DNA from: a virus
Virus record (IMG/VR): IMGVR_UViG_3300028831_000215
Location: 1-40,789 of that record
DNA: 40,789 nt
Reading direction: 5' to 3' (one strand)
Part shown: positions 8,162-16,610 of the stretch, in pieces
Layout of the letters: each line of letters begins with the position of its first letter
Position numbering within the stretch: the stretch's first letter is position 1
Made by a program: the position numbers and the translations under genes
Notes under the pieces: model-generated
The model's input: only the letters and a program-made list of their open reading frames with translations
Told to the model about the DNA's origin: nothing
Databases searched by the model: none

Positions 8162-8665
8162 CTACCGCGCCCTCAGATTGAAGATCGCCGCCGGTGCAAT
8201 TGTGTCCACCGTAGGAATTACCTTCGTTGTAAAATTGGACCGGGCGCAGTTCGGCACCGGGTTTTGACCTGTCTGGGCGGGGAGGCCGTCGTCACAAGCC
8301 GTGACCATGAACCAGTACTTCCCGCCCGCCAAAAAGCTGTCCGTTATGGTGAAACTCATGGCGCTGCCAGCGACAAGCGGTACGGGACCTGTTGCGTTCT
8401 TGGCGGAATTGACCCACGCCAAGATCCCAGCCGGAGTGCTCCCAACAGGTGCCCCAGCATTGAGCCACGCCGAATACCCCGTCGTGTCCGGGGTCGCACT
8501 GCTCCAGAAGACCTTGTACGAGGCCGCCGTACCCACAGCCCCGTCGTCTCCCGTAGCGGTCCAGTCCAGGGTCACCGAGGGCACTTGGGCATGGGGCTTC
8601 TCGCAGGCCGCTGACGTGATCGCAAGGCTCAGAATCGCCCCCGCTAGAAAGACTCGCAATCGCAT
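8162..8665 (-). CDS. Exported (possibly lipo-) protein with an Fn3-like domain
   Basis: N-terminal signal MRLRVFLAGAILSLAITSAAC. The body YKVFWSS...YWFMVTACD resembles a fibronectin-III fold. Confidence 0.55.
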   Translation of the reverse strand: MRLRVFLAGAILSLAITSAACEKPHAQVPSVTLDWTATGDDGAVGTAASYKVFWSSATPDTTGYSAWLNAGAPVGSTPAGILAWVNSAKNATGPVPLVAGSAMSFTITDSFLAGGKYWFMVTACDDGLPAQTGQNPVPNCARSNFTTKVIPTVDTIAPAAIFNLRAR

Positions 8666-8994
8666 CAGTCCCCCCTCGGTATCCGCTCGTCCACATATGC
8701 GTCCCGCATCAACGCCAACGAATCCAACACGTCACAGACCAGCCGATACCCCACGTCCTTCGTCAGCCCGTACTCGAACTTCCGACCCTCGAACCCAGCC
8801 TTCACCTTGCTCAAGTCGTCGAACAAGGACGCCATGATGATTCCCGTCTTGCTCCCCGTGATCGCCCGCCGCCTCCGCTTCTTCTCCCGGTCATCTACCT
8901 TCGCCGCAACGACTTGGGCCATCACTCCCTCCCCTAGGGCCTTTTCATTCTCTTTGCTCCATGTGATTGAGATCGTCATAACTCTTGCTACCAC
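8665..8994 (-). CDS. Hypothetical protein. The likely start is the ATG at 8979.
   Basis: ORF track. The N-terminus TISITWSKENEKAL could be a ribbon-helix-helix strand. KKRRRR patch. Confidence 0.45.
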   Translation of the reverse strand: MVARVMTISITWSKENEKALGEGVMAQVVAAKVDDREKKRRRRAITGSKTGIIMASLFDDLSKVKAGFEGRKFEYGLTKDVGYRLVCDVLDSLALMRDAYVDERIPRGD

Positions 8995-9025
8995 CCCCGT
9001 ATACCTACCTACCGGGGGTCTCCTG

Positions 9026-9115
9026 TGGCTCGCTGCCGCTCGGGGCTGCTGTCCTTGGCTCGCTGCGCTCGGGGAGGCTCGCCGCAGAGACCTGCTCCGC
9101 AGCGGCTCGCTCTTG
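9026..9115. repeat. Iteron-like direct repeats: TGGCTCGCTGC(C)GCTCGGGG twice, plus two more GGCTCGC cores
   Basis: Copies at 9026-9045 and 9056-9074. Further GGCTCGC cores lie near 9076 and 9103. The array is in the 200-nt gap upstream of the gene at 8994. Confidence 0.6.
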
Positions 9116-9193
9116 GTTTGCTTCGCTGCTTTTTCATGGATAGAGGAAGCGAGTCAGGGACGAACTACTAAGGTCGGTTCGCCTCGTGTCTGC

Positions 9194-9466
9194 CTAGGCT
9201 TTGCGGGTGAGTCGGTCCGAGTACCAGCGGTGGTGAAGGCTTGGCCCGCTTGGGGAGGCTTGGGCGTCCCGTTCCTCGTCGCGTTTGAGGGCCTTGAGTG
9301 CTTCTGGGGACCAGTTCTCAGACCAGGAGGAGTCGTGCCCGGACCAGGCAGGCTCGATCTGGTCCTGGCGGTGCCAGCGTTGAGAGGCAGGCTGGCGGAC
9401 CGATAGCCGGATCGGCTGCTCCGAAGGTCCACGCTTGTAGTCGGCGTCGTCCACTCTCGCATCCAC
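9194..9466 (-). CDS. Hypothetical Trp-rich protein (90 aa)
   Basis: ORF track. Third codon positions are strongly G/C. GAGAGG lies 8 nt before the GTG. It would be the first gene leftward of the AT-rich divergent region. Confidence 0.45.
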   Translation of the reverse strand: MDARVDDADYKRGPSEQPIRLSVRQPASQRWHRQDQIEPAWSGHDSSWSENWSPEALKALKRDEERDAQASPSGPSLHHRWYSDRLTRKA

Positions 9467-9664
9467 CTCGTGGCCTCTCGGGCCGGGTTGACGTTGGCTG
9501 TGGGGAAGGGAGGTAGCCTTAGCAACGTGTTCTACTAATACCGTGAAAAATGCCTCTTTTTGCGTTGAAAATCCCCTAGTGCGTTGTCTCTCAATAACTC
9601 CGACCGTAGTGGTCGAATTGGGGAAACCGGCTAAGTATTTGTCGCTGCGTATGTGATTTGGTGC

Positions 9665-9692
9665 TTGTGTAGAAATGGGGATGTGATATATG
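9665..9692 (+). promoter_or_regulatory. Candidate sigma70-type promoter (TTGTGT, 16-nt spacer, TATATG with upstream TG)
   Basis: Read in the AT-rich region 9520-9756, about 65 nt upstream of the RHH gene. Confidence 0.3.
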
Positions 9693-9756
9693 CGAAGAAA
9701 CCCATAAGATTCCTGCCTATGGCCCGCGACAGAGCAGGAAGGAAAGGACGCCGAGG

Positions 9757-9975
9757 GTGCGGGAGCAAGGGAAGGGTTGCGGTGCGCGTCGTTCGATCCA
9801 TATCACGGTCCACGAGTCAACCTACCGGGCGATTGCGGCTGTTGCTGCTGCTAAGGCGTATCGCGGACGCGATGGCCGACCCGGAATCGGAAAAGCATGT
9901 GAGGACCTACTTGAAGTGGCGCTCCTCGCTGCGGAAACCTGGAAAGAAACAGAGGTAAGATCCACACGTAGGTGA
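9757..9975 (+). CDS. Ribbon-helix-helix (CopG/Arc-like) regulator, putative
   Basis: SIHITVHESTYRAIAAVAAAKAY...IGKACEDLLEVALL fits a strand-helix-helix pattern. It is the first rightward gene. Confidence 0.5.
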   Translation: MREQGKGCGARRSIHITVHESTYRAIAAVAAAKAYRGRDGRPGIGKACEDLLEVALLAAETWKETEVRSTRR

Positions 9976-9997
9976 CCAGGGATGGTTAGGAGGCTGA

Positions 9998-10210
9998 GTG
10001 CGCCATCCCTGCGCCAAACGGCTATTGCTCCTCATGACCCGGTTCGACCTGCAACGGGGAGAACTGGAATTGACCTTGGCCCAGCTCCTGGACGAGCACG
10101 AATCCATGCGTAGGCTGGGGCTACATAACCCCGAGGTCACAAGAATGCTCAAGCACACCGAGGTAGCCTTGAGGCAAGTGGCCCTCTACCTGGGATTGGA
10201 TGTGGAATGA
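9998..10210 (+). CDS. Hypothetical protein (70 aa)
   Basis: AGGAGG lies 4 nt before the GTG. ORF track. Confidence 0.55.
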   Translation: MRHPCAKRLLLLMTRFDLQRGELELTLAQLLDEHESMRRLGLHNPEVTRMLKHTEVALRQVALYLGLDVE

Positions 10211-10434
10211 GAAAGCTGGGGGATCTCGGGGCGCTCCTGATCGCGCTCATGCTGGCGCTCGGTGTCGTGGGTGGATGCTTGAGGCGGTACGACCTGGCCG
10301 CGAGCGACCGACTGTTTATGAAGATGGATCACGTCACCGGCAAGGCTTGGCTCATGCGCTTCGGTGACCCTCCCTATTGGATCGAAGTGGCCGACACCTC
10401 ATCAGAATCCGCAGCCCCAGACTCAATCCCCTAA
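10207..10434 (+). CDS. Small lipoprotein (75 aa)
   Basis: ATGA coupling. Signal plus lipobox: LIALMLALGVVGGC. Confidence 0.6.
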   Translation: MRKLGDLGALLIALMLALGVVGGCLRRYDLAASDRLFMKMDHVTGKAWLMRFGDPPYWIEVADTSSESAAPDSIP

Positions 10435-10464
10435 AGAAATTCGTACGCCAGCCGAAAATACTTC

Positions 10465-10493
10465 TTGACTCGTTCGCAGCCCACACGTAGAAT
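10465..10493 (+). promoter_or_regulatory. Near-consensus sigma70 promoter: TTGACT, 17-nt spacer, TAGAAT
   Basis: The -35 box is at 10465-10470 and the -10 box at 10488-10493, in a lower-GC intergenic region about 50 nt upstream of the ORF at 10542. Confidence 0.5.
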
Positions 10494-10541
10494 GTGGACG
10501 TTGCAAGTGTAACACGCCAGCCACAAAGGGGGTGAGCAGAC

Positions 10542-10718
10542 TTGAAGGAGCGCCCGAAGCTCTACCTGATCCTCAGTCACGACATCAGAGAGATACTAGA
10601 CAGAGAGGCGAGGCGCAGGGAGGCGGAAGCGGGCGGCAAGTGGACACGGACCCTCGCAGCGGAGGCCCTAATCAGATGGGCCGTCGAGCACATGCAAAGG
10701 TCCGAGACAGTGACTTGA
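10542..10718 (+). CDS. Small ribbon-helix-helix-like protein (58 aa), below the ORF-track cut-off
   Basis: My translation from the TTG: KERPKLYLILSHDIREILDREARRREAEAGGKWTRTLAAEALIRWAVEHMQRSETVT. AAGGGGG lies upstream. I prefer it over the overlapping Arg/Gly-rich ORF 10532..10777. Confidence 0.45.
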   Translation: MKERPKLYLILSHDIREILDREARRREAEAGGKWTRTLAAEALIRWAVEHMQRSETVT

Positions 10719-11028
10719 CCGCCTCCGCACAATGGCGGGCGCAAAACCCGCCAACGGACGGCGTAGAAGGATGTTAGGCTAGTTGACAAAAGAGCGATTC
10801 TGCGTCAGTGTGCGTCAACGCCGAACCTAATATCTCTTATGCGACATCGCTAAGTAGTTGATTGTAAGGGCACTTAGGTAGTTTGACCGAGTGTAGCAGG
10901 CAGCAAAAGGGGCCGCGCCAGACCTTGGGAGGCGACGCGACCCCGGATGACCGAAGCGCCGAAGCGCCCCGTTACTTGCGAACGCTAGCAACGGGCCTCC
11001 GGCAAGTCAATAGGGAGGCTTACCCGTA

Positions 11029-11346
11029 ATGAGCCGAGACCCCAAGTCCTACCGATTCCAGATCAGGGAGCACACAAGAGAAGAGCGCCCCGGCGTGTGC
11101 TGGAACACCTACGGGCGCATCCTCTGGACCGAGAAGAACCCCGTCGATCCGTCCGTCATCAAGCGGTGCAACAAGCTCTGCGAGAAAGCGGACCAGCTCG
11201 CGGAAGAGACGGGCGGGTCCGTGGCGGCTGGCCTGATCGCCACCGAACTCATCTCCATGAACATCCCCAACCCCGATCTATTCGAGGCCGTGTACTTCGT
11301 CTCCCCGCAGCGGCAGTTGACGCTTGTGAAGGGAGGCAAGTCATGA
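11029..11346 (+). CDS. Hypothetical protein (105 aa)
   Basis: AGGGAGG SD before the ATG. ORF track. Confidence 0.6.
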   Translation: MSRDPKSYRFQIREHTREERPGVCWNTYGRILWTEKNPVDPSVIKRCNKLCEKADQLAEETGGSVAAGLIATELISMNIPNPDLFEAVYFVSPQRQLTLVKGGKS

Positions 11347-11699
11347 GCCAGGACCCCTATCTCCCGCCCGGAGTCACCAACGAAATGATCGACCGGGAGG
11401 CCGGAGCCTACGAGCGGCCCGAGCATCCCTGCGATTGCGAAGGGCCGTGCGACTGTGACGGCCCCTGCGAGGAGAAGTGCTGCAAGCAGCCCACGACCCA
11501 GAACTTCACCCCCGGCCCCAAGGCCGTGCATCTGCGCCACGAGAAAGCGCACGCGCACCTGTCGGGACTCCCCGGAGCGAAGTGGCTCCCCTTCCCTCGG
11601 CTCGTGGAAGCACTGCGGGTTTTCGGCTACTCCGAGAATTGGGCTATCGACGTGGCGCGGGAGTGGATGAAGGAGAACTCCAAGCTGGTGCGGCGATGA
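11343..11699 (+). CDS. Hypothetical Cys-rich protein (118 aa)
   Basis: ATGA coupling. MSQDPYLPPGVTNEMIDRE... with HPCDCEGPCDCDGPCEEKCC. Confidence 0.6.
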   Translation: MSQDPYLPPGVTNEMIDREAGAYERPEHPCDCEGPCDCDGPCEEKCCKQPTTQNFTPGPKAVHLRHEKAHAHLSGLPGAKWLPFPRLVEALRVFGYSENWAIDVAREWMKENSKLVRR

Positions 11700-11953
11700 C
11701 ATTGCGAGCCTGCTGCATCCTAGCGGCCCTGTTCTGCTTGGCCATAGTCCTACTGGCCGCGAAGCCTTGGAATGGGAACGGCTACGAGATACGCGGAAAA
11801 GGTGGCGAGTCGCTCATCGTCACCAGGGGAACAGGGCTGAATCCGCTGTTGCTCCATGACGTAATCATCAACGTCCACGATGCCGAGACGAAGCGGCTGA
11901 CGCTTGTGGTGGATCGCGGCGACACGCTCTATGTCGCTGTGATTGCGCGATGA
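11696..11953 (+). CDS. Small exported or membrane-anchored protein (85 aa)
   Basis: ATGA coupling. Hydrophobic N-terminus: ACCILAALFCLAIVLLAA. Confidence 0.55.
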   Translation: MTLRACCILAALFCLAIVLLAAKPWNGNGYEIRGKGGESLIVTRGTGLNPLLLHDVIINVHDAETKRLTLVVDRGDTLYVAVIAR

Positions 11954-12207
11954 GGTTCGTTGCCAGTGGGACCCCGAAAGGGTCTGGTCCACTGGAGCCG
12001 GTGCGCGGTTCGCGCCTCCCCCGCCTCCCCTACATCTACCCCATTCAGGGAGGGAAGCCCATGACCTTGCTACGCGCCCAGCACATCATCGCCATGAGCG
12101 AACGAAGACGGCGTGAGGACTTCATCATCCACATCACCTGGATCGGCCTCGGAGTCTGGGGCGTCGTGCTCCTCGCGTTTTCCTACGTTGTCACTTTCTG
12201 GAGGTAG
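11950..12207 (+). CDS. Small membrane protein. An alternative ATG at 12061 is preceded by AGGGAGGG.
   Basis: ORF track. C-terminal transmembrane segment WIGLGVWGVVLLAFSYVV. Confidence 0.5.
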   Translation: MRFVASGTPKGSGPLEPVRGSRLPRLPYIYPIQGGKPMTLLRAQHIIAMSERRRREDFIIHITWIGLGVWGVVLLAFSYVVTFWR

Positions 12208-12211
12208 ACGA

Positions 12212-12493
12212 ATGCATTTCGAGTGGTCGTGTGCGCTCAAGGCTACGCTCCTCATGCTGGGCGGAACCCTCGGATTCAGTGCGGTCGTCTTTGGCCTTTC
12301 CTGGCTAGTCGATGCGTGGCGGGACCGAGCACGCAATCTGACTGGCGGGGCCGCAAGCAACGTCGGGCGCGGCTTGGTTCTCCTCTTCATGGGCGCGTGC
12401 TGCCTCGTGATGGTCTCGATCATTTGGTACTCATGCTACGAGGCCGTCTGCCCCATGGCCCACATGCCGCACAAGACGGAGGCCCACAAGTGA
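12212..12493 (+). CDS. Membrane protein (93 aa, 2-3 transmembrane segments)
   Basis: GGAGG lies 7 nt before the ATG. TLLMLGGTLGFSAVVFGLSWLV and GLVLLFMGACCLVMVSIIW. Confidence 0.6.
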   Translation: MHFEWSCALKATLLMLGGTLGFSAVVFGLSWLVDAWRDRARNLTGGAASNVGRGLVLLFMGACCLVMVSIIWYSCYEAVCPMAHMPHKTEAHK

Positions 12494-12690
12494 AGATCCT
12501 CATCGACCCCACGGAAATGCCCGCTTCGCTCCCCGTCATGCTGGGCGGGGTTCTCTCCCCCCACCAGAACGATGCGTGGGCGTGGGCAGGAAGCGGCAAG
12601 AACAAGATCAAGATTCCGGTGGAAGTGATCGTGGCGGAGCAGAACACGGTGCTGGATGACTCTCTGCCCAAGGGCGGGGACGAAGACTAG
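12490..12690 (+). CDS. Hypothetical protein (66 aa)
   Basis: GTGA coupling. Protein-like composition. Confidence 0.5.
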   Translation: MKILIDPTEMPASLPVMLGGVLSPHQNDAWAWAGSGKNKIKIPVEVIVAEQNTVLDDSLPKGGDED

Positions 12691-12843
12691 ATCGGATTGC
12701 GGGGGCGGCGGGGCGCAAGGCACTTTGCGGGAAGGGTCGAGCGCAGGGGTGGCCTGGAAATCCCGGGTCGCAGGGAGTGACTACCAACCCGTCCGCCCCC
12801 GTAACAACATCCCGTGTTCAAAAATAATGAACGGAGGCAATTC

Positions 12844-13872
12844 GTGAACGAACCTACCTCAATCCAAAGCGCGGCGGCTTCCCCGACCGTGACCCCCAGC
12901 ACCCAGGGGGCCGCTGCGCCGTCTACAGGCATCATGTCGGGCTTCAACGATATCCAACGCATGGCGAAGGCCGTTGTCTTCTCCAGGCTCTTCCCTTCCA
13001 TCCAGAACGAGGCCCAGGCCATCACCCTCATGCTGATTTGCCAGGCCGAGGGCTTGCATCCGGTGGAAGCCTTGCGCCACTACGACATCATCCAGGGCAG
13101 AGCGGCCATGAAGTCGGAGGCGATGCTGGCGCGGTTTCAGTCTCGGGGCGGGACCGTGAAGTGGATCAAGAGCGATGCCACGGAAGCGCGGGCCTTGTTC
13201 TGTTCCCGGGGATGCCCGGAAGGATTCGAGTACGCCTACAGCATGGCGGACGCGACCGTGGCGGGGCTGGCCGGGAAGGACAACTACAAGAAGAACGGGG
13301 CGGCGATGCTCCGGGCTCGGTGCGTGAGTGGCGGTGTCAGGGCCACGGACCCGGGCGCGATCTTGGCGACTTACACGCCTGAGGAAGTTGCGGACTTCGA
13401 GCCGCCCAAGGGAAAGGCAGTGGAGCAGGCACCAGAGGGCGGGGCGCTACAACCGGCGGATCTAGGCACGCCGGATCGAAACGTGGCCCCGCCCCTGGAT
13501 GCCGAACATGAAGAGGTAGACCCCGAGGTCCCGCCAGCTGTGGGGCCCGAGGGAGAAGACGTTTCTTTGGATCGCCTCATGTCCGAAGCTGCGGCGAACC
13601 GAGCCAAGGCCGAGGCTGAGCTGGCATCGCGGCCCATCCCGGTGCCAGCCTTCATTCCGATGCACTGCAACATCTGTAAGGCCCCCGTCAAAGGCTACCG
13701 CTCCGACTCGAAGCAGTTCCCCGGCAGGATCTACTACGGGTGCGAAGCAGCACACGACTTGAAGCTGGAATTCATCAAGGAAGGGCTTACGGCGGCCAAG
13801 GCGAACGCGAAGGTAGCGGGCCATTTCAGGGAGTGGGCGGACAAGTCTACCCCGGCTGAGGTAGAGGCGTGA
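12844..13872 (+). CDS. Single-strand annealing protein (RecT-like) with a C-terminal zinc ribbon, putative
   Basis: The core AQAITLMLICQAEGLHPVEALRHYDIIQGRAAMKSEAMLARFQSRGG resembles phage RecT-type recombinases. The tail has CNICK...YYGCE. GGAGG lies 6 nt before the GTG at 12844. Confidence 0.5.
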   Translation: MNEPTSIQSAAASPTVTPSTQGAAAPSTGIMSGFNDIQRMAKAVVFSRLFPSIQNEAQAITLMLICQAEGLHPVEALRHYDIIQGRAAMKSEAMLARFQSRGGTVKWIKSDATEARALFCSRGCPEGFEYAYSMADATVAGLAGKDNYKKNGAAMLRARCVSGGVRATDPGAILATYTPEEVADFEPPKGKAVEQAPEGGALQPADLGTPDRNVAPPLDAEHEEVDPEVPPAVGPEGEDVSLDRLMSEAAANRAKAEAELASRPIPVPAFIPMHCNICKAPVKGYRSDSKQFPGRIYYGCEAAHDLKLEFIKEGLTAAKANAKVAGHFREWADKSTPAEVEA

Positions 13873-14300
13873 GCGACCGGGACCCGAACGGAAAGGCACC
13901 GTCTGAGGCGGGTGCCAAGCTGGACGCCGGAAAGCTGCGCCCCGGTCTCGTGATCCTTGGATTCTCTCGCGCCCTGGAGGGCGTGGCCGAGGTCGGCACC
14001 TACGGCGCGAAGAAGTACAGCGCCGGTGGCTGGGAGTCCGTGCCCAACGGGGTCGAGCGATACACGGATGCCATGTGGCGGCACTATCTCGCGGAGCGGC
14101 GGGAACTCTTGGACCCGGAGAGCTGGCTTCCCCACGCCGCGCACGCCGCATGGAACTCGCTCGCAAGGTTGGAGCTGATCCTTCGGGCTGACGCGAACCC
14201 GCATTGGCGCTGCGGTGATTGCGGGTCGCCCCCGAAGGGGCTAGGCCGCGACGGGCGCTGCCTGAAATGCAGCAAGCAATTGCTCGACCCAGAGCCATGA
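13869..14300 (+). CDS. DUF5664-like (dATP/dGTP pyrophosphohydrolase N-domain-like) protein with a C-terminal zinc ribbon
   Basis: KLDAGKLRPGLV...ALEGVAEVGTYGAKKY...W...RYTDAMWRHY...DPESWLPHAAHAAWNSLARLE matches my memory of that family. CGDC...CLKC tail. Confidence 0.55.
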   Translation: MSDRDPNGKAPSEAGAKLDAGKLRPGLVILGFSRALEGVAEVGTYGAKKYSAGGWESVPNGVERYTDAMWRHYLAERRELLDPESWLPHAAHAAWNSLARLELILRADANPHWRCGDCGSPPKGLGRDGRCLKCSKQLLDPEP

Positions 14301-14557
14301 CTGACCTGATCCGCCTCGAACGAGGCATCTCCGGGGAAGACTTGCTCAGGCTCAATGGAAAGGAAAAGCGCCGGTGGGTCCATTCCTTCCGAGTGGGCCG
14401 CCCTCCCAAGTACACCGACGCGGAACGAGCGGCCCGAAGGAAGGAAGTTGCCGCCGCCCGTTACGCCAAGTGGAAGGCCAAGCAGGACCCCGAGAAGCTA
14501 CGAGCGGACTGGAGAGCGAGACAGGCCAGAAGAAAGGCGAGGAAGGCGGCGGCATGA
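14297..14557 (+). CDS. Hypothetical basic protein (86 aa)
   Basis: ATGA coupling at both ends. Confidence 0.55.
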   Translation: MTDLIRLERGISGEDLLRLNGKEKRRWVHSFRVGRPPKYTDAERAARRKEVAAARYAKWKAKQDPEKLRADWRARQARRKARKAAA

Positions 14558-15075
14558 AGCGGGCACACCGACAAGCGCGGGACCTGCTCTACGCGGCCAT
14601 CGAGAAACCCGAGGGCGAACTACGCCGGGTCGTAAAGCTCGCAATCGTGCTCCTAGGGCCTTCCGGGAAGCGCTCCAAGGCAAAGCCCCGGTCCGCCGCG
14701 ACGAAGGCTCGTAGGGCATCTGTGAAGGAGCTAGATGCCTTGTGCCGCGCCATCGTGTTTGTGAGAGACGAGCAGAAGTGCGCAAGGTGCGGGCGGCCCG
14801 CCGTGGATTGGTCGCATGTGTATTCCCGCCGCTACAAGTGGCTCCGCTGGGATTTGGACAATAGCGTGGCCTCTTGTAAGGGCTGCCACCTTCTGTGGCA
14901 TCACAAGCCCCTGGAGGGCGTGGAGTGGGTCAAGAAGCACCTGGGGCCGGAACGCTACGAACGTCTCCAGCAACGCGCCGCAAGGCCCTCCCGCGTCAAT
15001 CTGGTAGCCGTGCGAGCGTACCTAGAAAAAGAGGCTCGGGCCTTGGGTATCGAGGTCGGGGAGACGCCCAAGTGA
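14554..15075 (+). CDS. ninG: NinG/Rap-like recombination endonuclease
   Basis: LDALCRAIVFVRDEQKCARCGR...DWSHVYSRRYKWLRWDLDNSVASCKGCH follows the lambda NinG pattern (FIRxRD, CxxCG, H..R...LRF/W, CxxC). Confidence 0.6.
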   Translation: MKRAHRQARDLLYAAIEKPEGELRRVVKLAIVLLGPSGKRSKAKPRSAATKARRASVKELDALCRAIVFVRDEQKCARCGRPAVDWSHVYSRRYKWLRWDLDNSVASCKGCHLLWHHKPLEGVEWVKKHLGPERYERLQQRAARPSRVNLVAVRAYLEKEARALGIEVGETPK

Positions 15076-15247
15076 TTCGCGGAAAGTCTTGGGGCGCGGG
15101 CCTTTCTCCCTTAGCTGCGTGCGCGTGGGCGTTCAGTCACGCCTCGTGGTGGGGCCAGTGGGACACGCTGACACGTTGGTGGAACCTCGTAAACGACATG
15201 CAAGGCTTGGGAATCATTCGGGGCGAGGTCGGGGAGACGGACCAGAA

Positions 15248-15493
15248 ATGAGGCTCTACGTGCTGCTTTCGGGCATCGACTACGAGGGCGACACGCTGGA
15301 GGGTGTCTATTCGACCATCGAGGAGGCCCGCGCCGCCGCCGTGGCTTGCGACTCCTACTGCGACAGCATGACGGTCGCCGAGGTCGAGCTGGGCCAGCCC
15401 GCGAATCGACATGACCAGTGGACGGCAGAGGTTCACGGATCGCTTGGACACCCGCCCCGCGACTTGGGCGATTGGAAGCGAAGCATCATCTGA
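15248..15493 (+). CDS. Hypothetical protein (81 aa)
   Basis: GGGGAGA SD before the ATG. ORF track frame. Confidence 0.5.
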   Translation: MRLYVLLSGIDYEGDTLEGVYSTIEEARAAAVACDSYCDSMTVAEVELGQPANRHDQWTAEVHGSLGHPPRDLGDWKRSII

Positions 15494-15549
15494 GGCGGCC
15501 CGCGTCCCCTCTCTGTAGGCCACACACCCACAAGGAAAGGAGTGTTGAC

Positions 15550-16017
15550 GTGAAGACGAGGACCGTTTGGGAGGCCGATGACGGCAGCCGCTGGGATGAC
15601 GCTGCGGCGGCCCGAAAGCGGGATGATCTCATTAAGGAAGTCGATGCGGCGATGCGCCCCCTCGGGAAACGGCATCGCGGGAAGGGGTGCGACTTCGAGA
15701 ATGGCGGGGGCTACGTGCAGCACAAGCCTAGCGCCGTGGCCGAGGCGCGGGCCAACCTCCTCGTGCCGACGCGCCGCGTGCTCGCGTGGTGGTTCGAGGA
15801 TCAGATGAAGCGGTTCAAGAAGGACCCCTCGGGCGCTGACCCTTCGTGGTTTTGTCGCATGCTCGACGGGGGCCATGCGCCCCTCGATAGAGCGTGGTCG
15901 CGCCTCATGTGCATCGACGCGAAGGGCCGCGAGTGGGGCCAGCCCTACTATGCGACCCATCCGGATGCGGCAACGCAAGTCGAAATCCGGGCGGTCGAAG
16001 CCGAGTCTCTCCGATGA
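15550..16017 (+). CDS. Hypothetical protein (155 aa)
   Basis: AAGGAAAGGAG before the GTG at 15550. ORF track frame. Confidence 0.55.
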   Translation: MKTRTVWEADDGSRWDDAAAARKRDDLIKEVDAAMRPLGKRHRGKGCDFENGGGYVQHKPSAVAEARANLLVPTRRVLAWWFEDQMKRFKKDPSGADPSWFCRMLDGGHAPLDRAWSRLMCIDAKGREWGQPYYATHPDAATQVEIRAVEAESLR

Positions 16018-16610
16018 GCGCCCCCGCCCCCAAGGTTGGGCAAATCTGGATATTGCGGCGGTTCGGGGATCGTCGCTCTGCGGGCCGTATCGAAAGAGCC
16101 GCCGGGGGAGGACAAGTGAGCGAGCACCAATCGAAGCTCCGGCCCGGCGCGAACAAGTTCCATGTCGGGAACGGATCCGACGGGCGGCACTATTGGATCA
16201 CGCCGCCCGATCTGTACGCGCGGCTTGATGCGGAGTTCGGTTTCGATTTCGACCCCTGCCCGTACCCACTCCCCGAGGGCCACGATGGGTTGACGATGCC
16301 GTGGGGTCGCAGCAACTACGTGAACCCGCCTTTCGGATCCATCTTGCACGAGGGCCGGAAGAAGGGACCGACCGCCTGGGCGCGGAAGGCTCTCGCAGAG
16401 CGCGCAGAGGGCAAGAGCACGGTATTGGTCTACCCAATCGACAAGTGGGTGCTGATGTTGCTCGCGGCGGGCGCGGAGGTCAGGAATCTAGGTGACGTGC
16501 GGTGGCTTGCAACCGAGGACGGGCTGCCGGGTAAAGGAACGGGCCGCCACATCGCAGCGTTCATTCTGCGGGCGGGAGCCGAGGCCGGGGAGAAAGAGGA
16601 GGAGCGATGA
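16014..16610 (+). CDS. dam: DNA N6-adenine methyltransferase (phage Dam type). An alternative GTG start lies at 16116.
   Basis: HYWITPPDLYARLDAEFGFDFDPCP...WGRSNYVNPPFG carries the NPPF catalytic motif. GGGGGAGGA precedes the GTG at 16116. The ATG at 16014 is ATGA-coupled. Confidence 0.75.
   Translation: MSAPAPKVGQIWILRRFGDRRSAGRIERAAGGGQVSEHQSKLRPGANKFHVGNGSDGRHYWITPPDLYARLDAEFGFDFDPCPYPLPEGHDGLTMPWGRSNYVNPPFGSILHEGRKKGPTAWARKALAERAEGKSTVLVYPIDKWVLMLLAAGAEVRNLGDVRWLATEDGLPGKGTGRHIAAFILRAGAEAGEKEEER

Noticed and set aside
9000-9140. 42-codon basic minus-strand ORF (MKKQRSKPRASRCG...) across the GGCTCGC repeats
   Set aside because: It has no SD, and its sequence is dictated by the DNA repeats. 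The region is more plausibly a cis-acting site.
9154-9525. 123-aa minus-strand ORF and 199-aa plus-strand ORF 8807..9406
   Set aside because: Pro/Arg/Thr-rich, shadow-like translations. The overlapping 9194..9466 frame has far better coding character.
10532-10777. 81-aa ORF from the track in the early intergenic region
   Set aside because: It has an Arg/Gly-rich, shadow-like sequence. The overlapping TTG-initiated 58-aa frame (10542..10718) has a ribbon-helix-helix pattern and a better SD.
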